Shown: positions 50,607 to 63,936 of the stretch, piece by piece
Layout of the letters: each line of letters starts with the position of its first letter
Position numbering within the stretch: position 1 is the stretch's first letter
Assembly: GCF_018350175.1 (NCBI RefSeq)
Contig: NC_058368.1
Location: 222,272,001-222,336,000, forward strand
Origin: Felis catus
Taxonomy: Eukaryota
Length of the DNA stretch: 64,000 nucleotides
Reading direction: 5' to 3'
The notes under the pieces: model-generated
The model's input: only the letters and a program-made list of their open reading frames with translations
The model's database searches: none
Told to the model about the DNA's origin: nothing
Made by a program: the position numbers and the translations under genes

Positions 50607-50813
50607 TTTTTTTAAAGTTTATTTATTTATTTTGAGATAGAGGGCACAAGCAGGAGAGGGGCAGAGAGACAAGGAAAGAGAGAGAGAATCCCAGGCAGGT
50701 TCCCCACTTTCAGCACATAGCCCAAAGTGGGGCTCGAAACAACAAACCACGAGATCATGAGCTAAGCCGAAACCAAAAGTCAGATGCTTAGCTGACTGAC
50801 TCCCCAAATGCCC
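50607..50813 (-). mobile_element. Can-SINE (old)
   Basis: Antisense body. Confidence 0.9.
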
Positions 50814-51754
50814 TTAGAATGAAGTTTTTAATGTCGAATTCAAACTTGAAGCACACGGCCTTAGAGTTTTCCAGATCTAATTCAGGTGTCTCCCCTTCTG
50901 TCACCCAGCATCTATGACAAATCTCACCTTCTCTCACTCTTCTCCTAGTGCACATCACAGACAGCAAATTCCCACAGCCAACCCAACTGTTGGAAGTTTT
51001 TGGTCATCTCAGGATTAACCTGAATGTTAAGAACCTAATAATTATTATTTACTAGGAGGAAAAAACAACTATATGTAATCGTAGTGACGCAAAGTATAGG
51101 TATGCTTTAGCGCAGCTGTGTAAATTTCAACCTACAGAACATTAATGGTTCTTTGAACATTACTGTTGTTTTTTAAATGCAACCCAGTCACTTTAAAAAA
51201 TTTTAAATATAAAGTATATGGAAAAAATCAGGATGGATAATTTTGATGATTGAAATGTTATGATTTTTGTGTCACATCCATGAAAATATTTTCGACTATG
51301 ATTGTCTTCTGTAGATAGAAGCACTAACTCTGTCCTTGAAAATACGAAATAAAGCTGACAAGTGTACAAATGGGAGCATATTTTAAAAATATAACAGCAC
51401 TACTTTATTGAGTAATACTGAGTTGAAAAACTAAAATGGTTATTGTCACTGATATCTAAGATTCGGATGATTTGCAGTATCCCATAAATGTATGATGCTG
51501 TTTGTTCTGTTTATAAAATGTACCATCTGACTCCCTTTATTCATGATTTTTATATCTCTTATGGCCACCGTTTTATAAAACAATTTTTATGAAAGCTGTG
51601 TAAAGGTCTTTAACTTTTTTCCCCTATCATAAGCCCTTTAAAGATGGCAACACATACATGGGGAAGAATCCTCAGTGAATAGTATAATTTTTCCTATTCA
51701 ATATGTTATGTTAAATTCCCAGAAATGTATACACTAATTTTAAAAACTAGGTAA

Positions 51755-51981
51755 TTTTATTCATTTTTTAATGTTTATTTTATTTTTGAGAGAGAGAAAG
51801 AACGTGAGTGGGGGAAGGTCAGAGAGGGAGACACAGTATTTTTGAGAGAGAGAAAGAACGTGAGTGGGGGAAGGTCAGAGAGGGAGCACAGAGCCTGCTG
51901 CGGGGCTCGAACCTACAAACTGTGACACCTTAGCCTGGGCTGAAATCGGATGCTTAACCAACTGAGCCACCCAGGTGCCCC
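51755..51981 (-). mobile_element. Can-SINE with internal tandem duplication and deletion
   Basis: 50-bp exact duplication; TSD aaaactag. Confidence 0.92.
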
Positions 51982-53297
51982 TAAAACTAGTTTGTCTTCA
52001 TATTTAAGCTTTCTTAATATGAAAGATACACATTGATTTTGGACATAAAACTGACAAAAATGGTTTTCTGTACCAAAAGAATGTCATTTTACATATAAAT
52101 CTCTAATACAGTTTTTCTTGAATTCCCTTAAAATTCAGCCCCAATAAAGGAAGTTAAAGTCAAAGAAAAACATTGTGTAATAATGCAATTATTCTACTCC
52201 CCTCTTGTTTGTACACAATCATTTTTTTAATACAAAAGAGGAAAATTCTCAGCTTTTTTCACAAATATTGCAGTTACAGTCAAAAAAATAATAATAGAAG
52301 TGTTCTTGTTAAGAAAGCCTTCCCCTTGTAGAAAACGGTAACATCAAGAGACAAATTCGACTAGGTAGCTCTAGGAGTTTAAGTAGCTCATACTCATTTT
52401 GGATCCTCTATTATAATAGATGCCTGCAATTGAGAATCAATCCCCCTATGGATGGAGAGCCTGACTGAAAAGGAAGTTAACAACAAAACCAACAAATTAA
52501 AAGTTTGGGAAAACATGTGAAAGGTTTTCTTTTAATCCATTCTCAGTCGAGAGTGTGTGTCACATATCTTAGGAGCAATGGAGGATCCTAGTTATGCTAA
52601 TATACTTTTTCTTATTATTCTCACACTCCAATGAAAATCAGGTTATTTCATCCTTTGAACCAATTACATAAATAAATTTGAAATAATAAAATCCATTTAT
52701 GTTTGAATGGCAAAGAGTGTAAGAGAAAACATTGTCAGTTTCAAACTGATGGCTCCATTTTCTTTCACTTAAATGCGAGTCCATAGATAGCTATCGTCAT
52801 TAGGTGCGTTATGCAAGTTTTCTTTTAAGCAATGAAGAAAACATAATTAAAATCTTTGGAGAAATTAGTAAAGCATTTTGGGAGAATGCCGCCACAAAGA
52901 TGTTTTCCTAGGTTGTGACTTCTGTTGCAGGAGTTATGAAAAACACCTGTTAGCATCTGAGAGGGTGTTGGTTTTCTTTAATGTTTTAAATAAGTGATAA
53001 TATTTAAAGTCAGTTGCTAGTTTTGAAAAATGCTACCTCTTAGGCAACAAGAAAGTACAAGACTTATATCCAAAAGATCAATAATATGTAACCACAGTCT
53101 TCCTCCCAGAAAAACAGAAAAAAAAATCCCAACATCCACCCAATCGTCCACCTTACCATAATATTTCTATAACCGTAGTGCTTCATTTCCTCTACTGAGG
53201 ATGGAATTTCCGCCCTGTTTATGGTACATACTAAGTGTTAAAGAATGCCGTCTTTCTTTTGAGATTGAACCATATGATCAGGATTTTTTAATACATG

Positions 53298-53488
53298 TTT
53301 TATAAGTTTGAGAGAGAGAAAATATTAGTGGGGGAGAGGCAGAAGGAGAGGGAGGGAAAGAATCCCAAGCAGGTTCTGCACTGTCAGCACAGAGCCTGAT
53401 GTGGACTTGAGCTCACAAAACTTGAGATCATGACCTGAGCTGAAATCAAGAGCCAACCGCTTAACTGACTGAGCCACCCAAGCACCCC
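53298..53488 (-). mobile_element. Can-SINE (old)
   Basis: Antisense body; TSD aatacat. Confidence 0.9.
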
Positions 53489-54237
53489 AATACATAAGTA
53501 CTTCTAACAGGAAACAATGAAAGTACAATATTAGAGAGGACATAGTATGATGTCACCCAAAGTATCTTGAATATTTTTAAATGTGAGTTAAGTTTTTGTT
53601 ATATGATCTGCTCAAAGTATTCTGGGGAAGTTGCACAATTACTCGAGAAATAATGTAACCAAATCATCTCAGTGGAAAATGTAATTATTTGTGTATAAGT
53701 TTCCAAATATTTCTTTCCTGAATGCTATATGTTTCAGTTTTTGTCACAGTTCATTGAAGATTTAGTGAAGATTACTTTTATTTCAAATAAACAAATTTTC
53801 GATAATTACAAAGAATATTAAAATTCTATTTCATACATGTTGCCAAAAAAGGGAACTCTAGATGCTAATTACAGGATAGATCCTTTGCTCATAAGGATAT
53901 CTACAAAAAAGAAACTTTAGATAATGACTTGGATTAGAAACAAAGAAAATATCTGTTTGAATAAAAAGCACATGGTCGATGTTACTTGGATTTTTCTGTC
54001 AGTGAATGTCCCCCAATCTTTTTCATCCCATTAAATATATCAGAAAGTTGCCTAAGCATTTTATCAGGAATGCAAAATTCTCCCTCGAAGGAGATTGCAA
54101 ATTTATCCAACATAGTATGTCCCAGATCAGATTTGTCACAACTTTCTGTATGCATCCCTGTAAATGAGTTTTGCAAAATGGCAGGAATCATTAAAGAATT
54201 ATAGACCTTTGAGCTGTGATTAAAATTCACTCAGTAT

Positions 54238-54410
54238 GGGGGCTCCTGTGTGGCTTGGTCAGTTGAGCATCCCACTTTGGCTCAGGTTATGATCTCATGG
54301 TTCATAAGTTCATGCCCCGCGTCGGGCTCTCTGTTTCAGGTCGTCCCTCTCCCTCTGTCTCCACCTTCCCTGCTGGTGCTCACCCTCTCTCAAGAATAAA
54401 TAAACTTAAA
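54238..54410 (+). mobile_element. Can-SINE, short form
   Basis: SINE head and tail; TSD aaaattcactcagt(a/g)tg. Confidence 0.92.
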
Positions 54411-55556
54411 AAAATTCACTCAGTGTGAACACAACCCTACCCTCTAAAGAATGGGCCGGGAATGCTATGAATCCTGGCACTCTTGTTAATAGCTACACAG
54501 ATACAAAATCTGCTATAGCACGGACTGTATTGTCAGTTTTACAACTCTGTTAAAATATTGCAGATAAATCATAAGAATTTCTTGGCCTCTTTAATAATTA
54601 CACCTCTAGACATGTTAACATCAAATGATAGTGTGATTATTTGGGAATATGATATATGGTGCTCGCTTAAATAAAATCCAACTTTAAATACAAAGAAATA
54701 CAGACCACACTTGAATAGATACAAATGCATATTTTTATTTGTATATCAGTTTTTGTGTCAAAATACTTCTTTAGCATTCTAATTTACGTATTTTGATGGT
54801 CTCCATTTCAGAGGTGTAGTATTACACTAAATTTATATTTAAGAGGTCATTTTCTGTTCCCAGAATGGCATAGAAAATTGGGGAAAGGGAATGATCTTGG
54901 CCATTCCATTATGCTGATTACTGAGATTTCATTGTTGACATGTGAGTAGCGTGTGGGAAGATGAGTAGCTTGACCTACTCAATGCTATATATATGTTTAT
55001 TCATATATGCAAATTAAATATATATATTAACATAAAAGAGTGATTGCATTCTTTTGAAAATTTTCCTTATATACCAGGTATTTTCCTATACCTGGAAATT
55101 GGCCACAAAAAGAATACAGGTATTAAAATCATATTTTTCATTATTTTCACTTGCAATGTTGACCCAGTACACTTTGAGTTGTTTTTTCCTAAAGTACATA
55201 GACTTTTAATAAGCTGACTTCTCAAGTGATAAAATTTGGTTCATACCATAAAATAATAGTAGTATTAAAATCAACAGTGCCTTATGACTCGTGATTTTTG
55301 AAAATCTTTATTAAAATAAAAAAAGGAAACTATACGCCAAGGGTTATTACCTAATGTGGGACATTTCAGATGTTACTTAATAGTGACATTCTTTAAAAAA
55401 TACTTTATCACTATTTTATACTATTTTTAAGTTTTATTTTAAGATATTAGAATAAATGATAGCTAAAATACCCAACTGTTTTCCTACTTCAACCATCTTT
55501 TGGAAAATCTTTCCAACATTTGCCCTTCAATTTAAACTAATTAGAAAGTAAAAATA

Positions 55557-55779
55557 GGGGCGCCTGGGTGGGGCAGTCGGTTAAGCGTCCGACTTCAGCC
55601 AGGTCATGATCTCGCGGTCCGTGAGTTCAAGCCCCGTGTCGGGCTCTGGGCTGATGGCTCAGAGCCTGGAGCCTGTTTCCGATTCTGTGTCTCCCTCTCT
55701 CTCTGCCCCTCGCCCGTTCATGCTCTGTCTCTCTCTGTCCCAAAAATAAATAAACGTTGAAAAAAAAATTAAAAAAAAA
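55557..55779 (+). mobile_element. Young felid SINE
   Basis: cagccaggtca and aacgttgaaaa diagnostics; TSD aaaaatag. Confidence 0.95.
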
Positions 55780-55994
55780 TAGAGGAGCATTTTAATGTTT
55801 ATAAATATTTAAATGTTAAAATATGGATATACCTGACTTTCTAATTATTTAGAAATAAAGCGAGCCAGATATACACAATTATAATAAATTTGGGAAGATT
55901 AATCATAGTTTTATGGAGACTTCCTGCTAGTTGAATGGAACATCATTAAAATATCTATCATGTTAAGTGTTTTCTTTAGCGCTAAAAATAAATG

Positions 55995-56125
55995 AGACAG
56001 CAAAACATGAAAAGACAAGAATCTTAAATGTATATTACTAAGTGAAACAAGCTAATCTGAAAAGACTGTATACTGTATGGTTCTAACAGTATGATATTTC
56101 AAAAAAGGTAAAACTATGGAAACTT
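55995..56125 (+). mobile_element. L1M 3'UTR fragment
   Basis: cttaaatgtatattactaagtgaaacaagctaatctgaaaagactgtatactgtatg...aaaggtaaaactatgga. Confidence 0.75.
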
Positions 56126-56557
56126 AAATAGAAATTTTCAAAAGAAAAACTAGGAGGTACATGTTTTAACTTAGCTAATATAATATAAGGACCAGTAAAT
56201 GAAAATGTTTGGTAATGTAATTCAAAAATTATATGGATGAAAGAAATACTGGAGAGTCATGATTGCCCATCTGTAGACTTTTCAGTTTGCTCTCAAGTCA
56301 GTGGGAAATGACTTGAAGATTTGGGGCAAGAGTACTATGGTAGATTTTGGCTTCCAGAATATTGATCTCATCATATTTAACATAAATGCATGAGATTACT
56401 ATTTTAGGATAGTACATTGATAATGAGAAGACAAAAACACTTGATTAGGTTGCCTTAGCCTGATCTATTTCATTGGTATCAATGAATACACTATTTTCTT
56501 TTTGTTCACATCCCCTCTATTGTGATTTCTTTTCTGGATTTAGAAAGTTAAGCTAGA

Positions 56558-56718
56558 GGGGTACCTGGGTGGCTCAGTTGGTTAAGCTTCCCACTTAGGC
56601 ACAGATTATGATCTCACAACTCTTGAGTTCAAGCCCTTCCTCAGGCTCTGTGCTGACAGCTCAGAGCCTGGAGTGTGCTTTGGATTTTGTGTCTCTCTTT
56701 CTCTCTGCCTCTCTTCTA

Positions 56719-56756
<38 letters not shown>

Positions 56757-56783
56757 AAAATAAATAAATATTAAAAAAATAAA
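56558..56783 (+). mobile_element. Can-SINE
   Basis: Body with (CT)n; TSD agttaagcta. Confidence 0.92.
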
Positions 56784-56899
56784 GAGAGTTAAGCTATAAG
56801 CTAAGCACAGCAATTTCATTTGTTCAGGAATCTCAGTTTTTTTTTTGTTTGTTTTTGTTTTTGTTTTTGTTTTTGTTTTTTTGCTTCTCAACCTACAGT

Positions 56900-57780
56900 G
56901 ATTTGACAGTCAACCTTACTTCTCCATTGAGACTACCCTCCTATAGTCTCCAGCAATGTCTATTGTGTTCCCTTCAGGTAAACCCTTTAGGTGATGATTT
57001 GCATTGGCTCTTAAAAAATATTTGACAGGGGCACCTGGGTGGCTTACTTGGTTGAGTGTCAGACCTTGTCTCAGGTCATGATCTCATGGTTCCTGAGTTA
57101 GAGCCCCACATCTGACTCTGTGCTGACAGATCAGAGCCTGGAGCCTACTTCGGATTCTGTGTCTCCCTCTCTCACTTTGCTCCTACCCTGCTCGTGCTGT
57201 CTCTTTCTCTCAAAAATAATTAAACATTAAGAAAATTGAAAAATATATTTGACATTCTAGACCACATTATCCTTCCTATAGCAATTTTTTCTTGTGACTT
57301 TCTTCTTACTTAGTAATTACTCATTTTTAGAATTTTTTGTAATCTTTGTTTTATATGGATGATAAATGTTGACTTTCCTTGTTTCCTGAATTTGTCCGTC
57401 TCATGTTCTCATTTTTTATGTCGTTGTGCTGTGTGATATTATTTTCTTTGATGTTTCAATTGTAGTGAACATTTGACAATACACAAATATTCAACATAGA
57501 TCCTTTAGATACCACACCTCTATTTCCATAGCATTCCTGGATGATTTAGATTTCTCACTGACCCCAAAACCCTGCTCTCAAACCTTTAATTCTTCTACTA
57601 TTCCTTTTCCATGTGAATCATATCCACACCATTCACTTACTAAGTTATAAACCAGTCTTTTCTTATATTAGTAAATCGGCTTCCTAAATTGGTAATCCAA
57701 TTTAATTGGATCCCCACTCTGTAGACATCAAGATCTTTCTAAAATGCATATCTGATATTATTACTTCTATGATTATTTAT
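56900..57780 (+). mobile_element. L2 remnant interrupted by a SINE
   Basis: tatttgaca[SINE]ttctagaccacatt...; atctttctaaaatgcatatctgat L2-like motifs. Confidence 0.5.
57028..57243 (+). mobile_element. Can-SINE
   Basis: TSD atatttgaca. Confidence 0.93.
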
Positions 57781-58110
57781 GCAATACTTTTGCCAAATTT
57801 AGCTCAAGACTTATTAAGCATCACTTATAATAGTGCTACATATGGTATGTAATAGTTGCAGTGGCATGCCGATGTACTAGTTATGATATAGGCTATGATA
57901 CTGAATGAAATAGACCTCCCAAAAAAACAAACAACAAACAAACAATAGTTGAAAAAGAAGGGTATTTCATTTGGCTCTCTTCTTGTCCTTTTTTCAGGGA
58001 ACTTGTTCTCTTTCATTATTCTGTTTAAAAATTTCTCAAAAGGTTTCTCTTATCTGCATAATTCAAGTTTCAGGAAGCTGCTCCTGCTCCAGATTGTGAA
58101 AAGTGAAGGA

Positions 58111-58320
58111 GGGGGCACCTGGGGGGGCTCAGTCAGTTAAACATTGGACTCTTCATTTTGGTTCAGGTCATGATCTCAGGGTTTGTGATTTCAAACCTTG
58201 CTTCCAGCTATGCCCTGGAGAACATGGAGCCTGCTTGGGTTCTATCACCCTCTCTCAGTCTCTCCTTTTTCTCTCTCTCTCCCTCCTTCTCTCTCAAAAT
58301 AAATAAACAGACTTAAAAAC
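58111..58320 (+). mobile_element. Can-SINE (old)
   Basis: TSD aaagtgaagga. Confidence 0.9.
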
Positions 58321-59658
58321 AGGAAAGTGAAGGAAAGGAATTTTAGGGCCAACAACTTTGTGTTTAAGGAAATCGCCTGAAATTCCTCATCATGCCTTTC
58401 ACATCTCATCTCCCCTAGTGTCCAACCTACAGCTAAATGGAATGAAAGCAAGGGAATGGAGTTGTAAAGGGGAAGTCAGGCTAACAATTGGGAAATTTTC
58501 TATCTATAAGGAAATGGATATTGGCAGGCAGTCTCTACTGTACTATCAACATCAGCTGATCCCTGTTATCCTCAGACTTTGTGTTTCTGTCATTGTGATT
58601 CACATTGATTTCCCCTAATTATCTTTACCTTCTTGATATTTCACGTCGGTTATGCTGTTCTCTTCCTTAGGACAATCCTCTTGACTCTCAGCTTCCCTTA
58701 CTTGTATTCAGGGAACACCAAATCATAGCATCTCAGAAACAAACACTAAGGATTTTTGATTTATAATTTGCTTATATTTGTTGATTATTCAAAACTTTCT
58801 TTTTTTAACGTTTTTCCCTTTCTCAACATTGGTACTTTTAGTAGTCAATACTTTTACAAATTATCATCAGAATTAATGTTTGTGAATGACTTCTTTATGT
58901 TTTCTTCAAAGCCAATAAGAATTTTAGCCTGTATTTTTCAGCCTTGTATAGGGACCATGATGTTTTACTTATATTCTTTGATCATCTCTTTTTCAGTTAT
59001 TCTGGTAACTTCTGGAAAGCACAATTTTAAGATTAAATTTCTATTTTCTACCTTTCATAGGAATTGCAACACTTTGCCTTTTATCTCTATCATTTCCATT
59101 TGATTTTGTTGGATTTTCCTTACAATTGTATTTCTTTCAGTTTATGAAGTTTTCTTCTTGAATCATAGTAAGATTCAAACAATTATTTTTTTCTGAAAGA
59201 TGTGCCTTCTTAGTTTTCTAAGAAAAATATTTCCAAAGTTATGCTCTTACTTTCATAAGTCAAACTTATATTTTCCCCCTTTTGTCAGCAGGAGTTTGTT
59301 CCCTATGCCACAAATCAGAATTTCTCCCTCTCTTAAATTCAATTGAGGCAAGGTTTCTGCCATCCTAGTTTTTGCCAATAGATGGGGGTGGAGTAACTAC
59401 TGGAACCTCTTTCTATCAACTTGATGTTCAAATTACCCTATTAAATATAAAGGGAATTAACAGTATGATGTCCATAAACTGTACCTCAATACTTGGTATC
59501 TAGAAAACATTGACTGTTACAGCTTTCTTTTACCCCCATCTACTCTCCTACAGTGCACCTCCTGGCAACCAAAATAAATAGATTGTCTAAAACATTAAAA
59601 TTCAGAGTCATCACTTTTATACAATTGTCTTCTATTTCCTAGTCTTGAACATGATCTT

Positions 59659-59660
<2 letters not shown>

Positions 59661-59698
<38 letters not shown>
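59661..59698. repeat. (GT)n microsatellite
   Basis: Direct reading. Confidence 0.95.
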
Positions 59699-59703
<5 letters not shown>

Positions 59704-59933
59704 CCCTTCCTGTGTAAAATGTTAATATCTACACTTTTTCTCCTCCCAGCTACTCCTCGAGACGTGCGCATGCACCTATTTTTAATCTCTTACTTTCATA
59801 CATGATGTGCATTCACTTACATACATGTACATTTCCCCTTCACGTCAGTTTCTACTTGGATATTTGAAAAAACATTTGCAAATCAGAACAAGTATTACTA
59901 AATGTATATCATGTGCTGACATCATTTAAGGTG

Positions 59934-60165
59934 TTTTTTAAATTTCATTTTTAAAAGTTTATTTATTTATGTATTGAGAGAGAGAATTAATATGAATATG
60001 AATATGAATATGAGTGGGGGAGGGACAGAGAGAGAGGGAGAGAGAGAATCCCAAGCAGGTTCTGTGCTTTCCGTGCAGAATCCAACACGGGGCTTGATCT
60101 CACAAACTGATCTGAGCTGAAATCAAGAATCCGATCCTTAATTGGCTGAGCCACCCAGGCACTCC
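59934..60165 (-). mobile_element. Can-SINE with (AATATG)4 expansion
   Basis: Antisense body; TSD aaggt(g/a)tttt. Confidence 0.9.
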
Positions 60166-60199
60166 TGAAGGTATTTTAAGTACAAAAATAAAGATTTTA

Positions 60200-61075
60200 A
60201 CAAAAGATCCACTATTTGATGTGTAATGCATTCTAGAGGTCTGATACAGAAAATAAACAAGCAAAGAAAATGTAAGGTATGTTAGAAGGTAATACACATC
60301 ACAGAAACTATAGACTAGGGCATCAAAATCTGAGGCTTGATAATTTTAAGGAGGTTGGTCTAATATATCTTGAGAAAGCCTAAACACAAAATGGAAGGAG
60401 AGAGGTATACATGCAGATATATCTTTTTCCAGATGGAAAGGAAAGCCAATGCTAAGAAGTGATGTACATGAGAAACAGCGAGTAGGTCGGTCGGGCTCAG
60501 TGAGTTGAAGTGAACAGATGGAGGGAATAGAAGAGATGATGTCAGAAAGGAAAGGAGAGACTAAAATGCCTAGAGCCTTAGGTACTTTAAATACTTTGAT
60601 TTGATTTCTGAGTTCAGAGGTTTATACAAGGGAGAATCCAAATTTGATTTGTGGGTTCTAAGGATCCCCCTTGTATTGAGAATTAAACAACAAAGAACAG
60701 GGATGAGAGCAATGGAATTATTCAGAAGGCCACTGCAGAATCTATACCATGGGTGATAACACTTGATACTTGTATCAGGATGGAGTGAAAGAGGTAAATA
60801 TTGGTAGGGGTCTTAATATGATTTTGAAGGAAGACATTACATGATTTCCTAAAATACTGAATGAGATGTTATGAGAGAAGAAGGTGTGTGAAGAATGCCC
60901 TAAGATTTTGAGACTAAATGACTAGAAGTTCAAAGAAGCTGTTGTAAGCTGAAATGGAGAAGATTGTGGGCAGAAAATAATTTGCAGAGAAAATAAGGAA
61001 CATGCACTGGGGAACTCAGAATCTCTATAAAGCAGTCATTGTAGGTAAATAGGTGGATATATGGGTCAAGTTTAG
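60200..61075 (-). mobile_element. L2 LINE remnant
   Basis: Purine-rich antisense L2 motifs (agagatgatgtcagaaagg...aggatcccc...attttgaagga...gtggatatatgggtc). Confidence 0.65.
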
Positions 61076-61078
61076 GAG

Positions 61079-61272
61079 TGTCTTAGCTCAGACTACTATA
61101 ACAAAAGACCACAGACTAGGCAACTTAGACAACAGAAATTGAGTTCTCATAGTTCTGGAGGCTAGAAGTCCAGGATTGTGGTGCCACTGTTCAGTTCTTG
61201 ATGAAGACCCTCTACCTGTCTTGTAGACTGTCACTTTCTCATTATGTTATCTGCACACATGGCAGAGAGATT
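61079..61272 (-). mobile_element. MaLR LTR (MLT1A-like) fragment
   Basis: tgtcttagctcagactactataacaaaagaccacagactagg...agttctggaggctagaagtcc...cacatggcagagaga. Confidence 0.85.
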
Positions 61273-61362
61273 TATCTTATTTCTTTCTATATATTCCATA
61301 TTCAAATATATATATATATATATTCTTCCATATATTTGTATATATTCTTGCATATATTCTTG

Positions 61363-61367
<5 letters not shown>

Positions 61368-61412
<45 letters not shown>
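61368..61412. repeat. (TA)n microsatellite
   Basis: Direct reading. Confidence 0.95.
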
Positions 61413-61414
<2 letters not shown>

Positions 61415-61457
61415 CAAAATATCTTAACAATGAATAAGAGAAGGAGATTTGAAGTCA

Positions 61458-61999
61458 GTGGTAGAAAATTCCCAAAGATACTTCCCATTTTATGAACCAC
61501 ACCTCCTTGTATTTATGGTGCTGGCTAGTCCCCCCTTTTTGAATCTGGCTTGGGTTTTGATTCATTTATAGCTAATAGAATGTGGCCGTAGTGATGGTGC
61601 ATGACTTTCAAGCCTAGATGAGAAATATTATAGCTTCTGCTTAGATTTATTGCAGCAATTCCTCTGGAGGAAGCCAGTTGCCCTGAGAAGTTTGGCTAAC
61701 TTGAGGCTGTTATGTCCCGTGTAATGTTGCCACAAGGAGAGAAGGGGATATCTTCACAGTGCCTAGTTGATCCAGCCATAGGAGCCTAGACTCCAAGCAT
61801 ATGAGTGGAAAAGACATTTTGCATATAAAACTCTATTAAGCCTTCAGGTGATGTCAGCCAGTCCTGTTGAGAGCTAACAGCAGCTGTATGAAAGACCTCA
61901 CATAACAACTATTTAGCTTGAGAGATATTAATCCATTTTTTACTACAGTGTTTTGAAGTGACTTGTTATATCCCCAAATCATCAGCATACAGATAATAC
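61458..61999 (+). mobile_element. MaLR LTR (MLT1G/H-like)
   Basis: ttgaatctggcttggg...ctaatagaatgtggccgtagtgatggtgcatgactttcaagcctag...ggaagccagttgcc. Confidence 0.7.
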
Positions 62000-62211
62000 A
62001 TTAATCCACACGTTGTGGTGCATTCTCCAAGGAAATGAATATCAGAAGACACAATAAGTGAGCTAGGTTCAGAGCCCCAAGTAATCTATCTTTAAGTTAT
62101 GGAAGAAGACAGCTGGTAATACATTAGGAAGGCAGGTTAAAATTTTTCTTTTTGAATTATTATTTTGGGATGGAAAAATTGGTAGCCTTGAAAGGCAAAA
62201 GACTTAATTTA

Positions 62212-62233
62212 GACTTTAAAAAAAGTTTATTTA

Positions 62234-62264
<31 letters not shown>

Positions 62265-62415
62265 CAGGAGGGCAGAGAAACATAGAGAATCCCAAAAAGG
62301 CTCTGCACTGTCATCTCAGAGCCCGATGCAGCACTGGAACTCATGAATCATGAGATCATGACTTGAGCTGAAACCAAGAGTCAGACGCTTAACCAACTGA
62401 GCCACACAGGCACTC
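62212..62415 (-). mobile_element. Can-SINE
   Basis: Perfect 16-bp TSD caaaagacttaattta. Confidence 0.94.
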
Positions 62416-62559
62416 CAAAAGACTTAATTTAATTGCTTTAAAGGAACATTTAAAAAGAATCATTTAAAGGGAAAATTAAAAAAAATAGTTTTATAGAGAA
62501 GGAATAAAATTGAAGAGACCTTAATGAGGCTTCGAGGAAAATAGTTTTCATCAGATTTC

Positions 62560-62910
62560 GGGGAAGAAACAAGGAATGCTGAACTATGCAGAGATCCATC
62601 CACAAAGGTAAAATGCTATTAGTACCTCCACGGCTGAAGGAGCTAAGGGAAGAAAGAGTGTACTTTAAGGCCAGACATAGGTGAAATCATCAAAGACTCT
62701 CCAGCAAATCAGTACTAGTATGTAGAGAAAAGCAGGAGAAAAATACTCAGATCTCTCTCCTTCTACCCTCGATATTTCATTTTACCTTTTGTTTCATTGC
62801 AAGGCAGCCTGAGAGATGGTGTCATCAGGGGCCAGGTTAACAGATGCAGAGCAGGCCAGGGGAGGCCGAGGTGTAGAGGGGTCAGGGATACAGATGGACG
62901 AAAAACAAGC
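62560..62910 (-). mobile_element. ERVL LTR33-like fragment
   Basis: aaatactcagatctctctccttctaccctcgat...gcagagcaggccagggg resembles recalled antisense LTR33. Confidence 0.5.
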
Positions 62911-63413
62911 ACATTAAAAAAAAGCCAAAAAAAAAAAAAAATTAAGGAAGTAAGACATAAGGATTAATGACAACAAACAAGATTCATACACTTTTCAAAA
63001 AGAAAAACTGATGCTGACCCTATATTACATCTAACTTGTTTTCAAAGCTCGAAGTTTTAATATCTAATTTACAGATGTCATGAGACACAGTTTTCACATA
63101 CTATTGTTTGATATTCTTTTCCCTGCTTTCTTATAATGGACATCAGTCATCACAGTACATGTCGCCACTTTGACAATTAAAACAGGTATGACAGAATGCA
63201 TATATAAAACTACTGTTGAGTTTTCTTCTCTAATTCAAAAAATAGAAAAATGCCTAAGGGGAACAGGAAATTGTGTCTTTGTTCTAATAATACATTAGAA
63301 TAGAAGGCAGGAAATAACTCTACCTAGGGAATCTGGGAATTTGGGTTACGGGCTAGGTAGAAGGTGAGAAGGAGAAGAAATATAGATCAATTATTTTAGG
63401 GAGGTGTTTTATG

Positions 63414-63613
63414 TTAAGTTTATTTATTCTGAGGGGGAGGGGGGGCAGAGAGCAGGGGAGGGGCAGAGAGAGAGGAAGAGAGAGAATCCCAAGGGGGCTC
63501 TGCACTGTCAGCACCTAACCCAACCTGGGGCTTGATCTCATAAACCACAAGAAAATGACATAAGCCAAAATCAAGGGTCAGATGTTTCACTGACTGAGCC
63601 ACCCAGAAACCCC
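63414..63613 (-). mobile_element. Can-SINE (old)
   Basis: Antisense body; TSD tagg(g/a)aggtgtttt. Confidence 0.9.
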
Positions 63614-63936
63614 ATAGGAAGGTGTTTTTATGACTGTGTATACATGTATTAAGTGTATTGAAGACACAGCATTGCCTTTCATCCGAACACAGCACATCAG
63701 ATGAATAGGGGAGGTGTGTTTATTGGGATTTTCCATTAATAGATTTAAATCATAGTCTGGACTGCTCAGCACAAGCATGAAAAGTGCCCAAGAGTTTTAT
63801 TGAACGGTTCTAGTGGACACACATGTAAGTACTCTTAGCCGTACGTGGAGCAGGGATCTTCACAATGATGATGAAGTCTGTCCCTGCTAGTTAACCCTAT
63901 GTGTTTAACTCTCATGCATAAAGTGGATTTCTAGTC

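Noticed and set aside
53982..54230. Overlapping 82-aa and 72-aa ORFs in unique-looking DNA
   Set aside because: No recognisable domain or convincing splice sites; length is within chance expectation.
55074..55095. 8-bp stem hairpin ccaggtat-N6-atacctgg
   Set aside because: Short enough to occur by chance in 64 kb.
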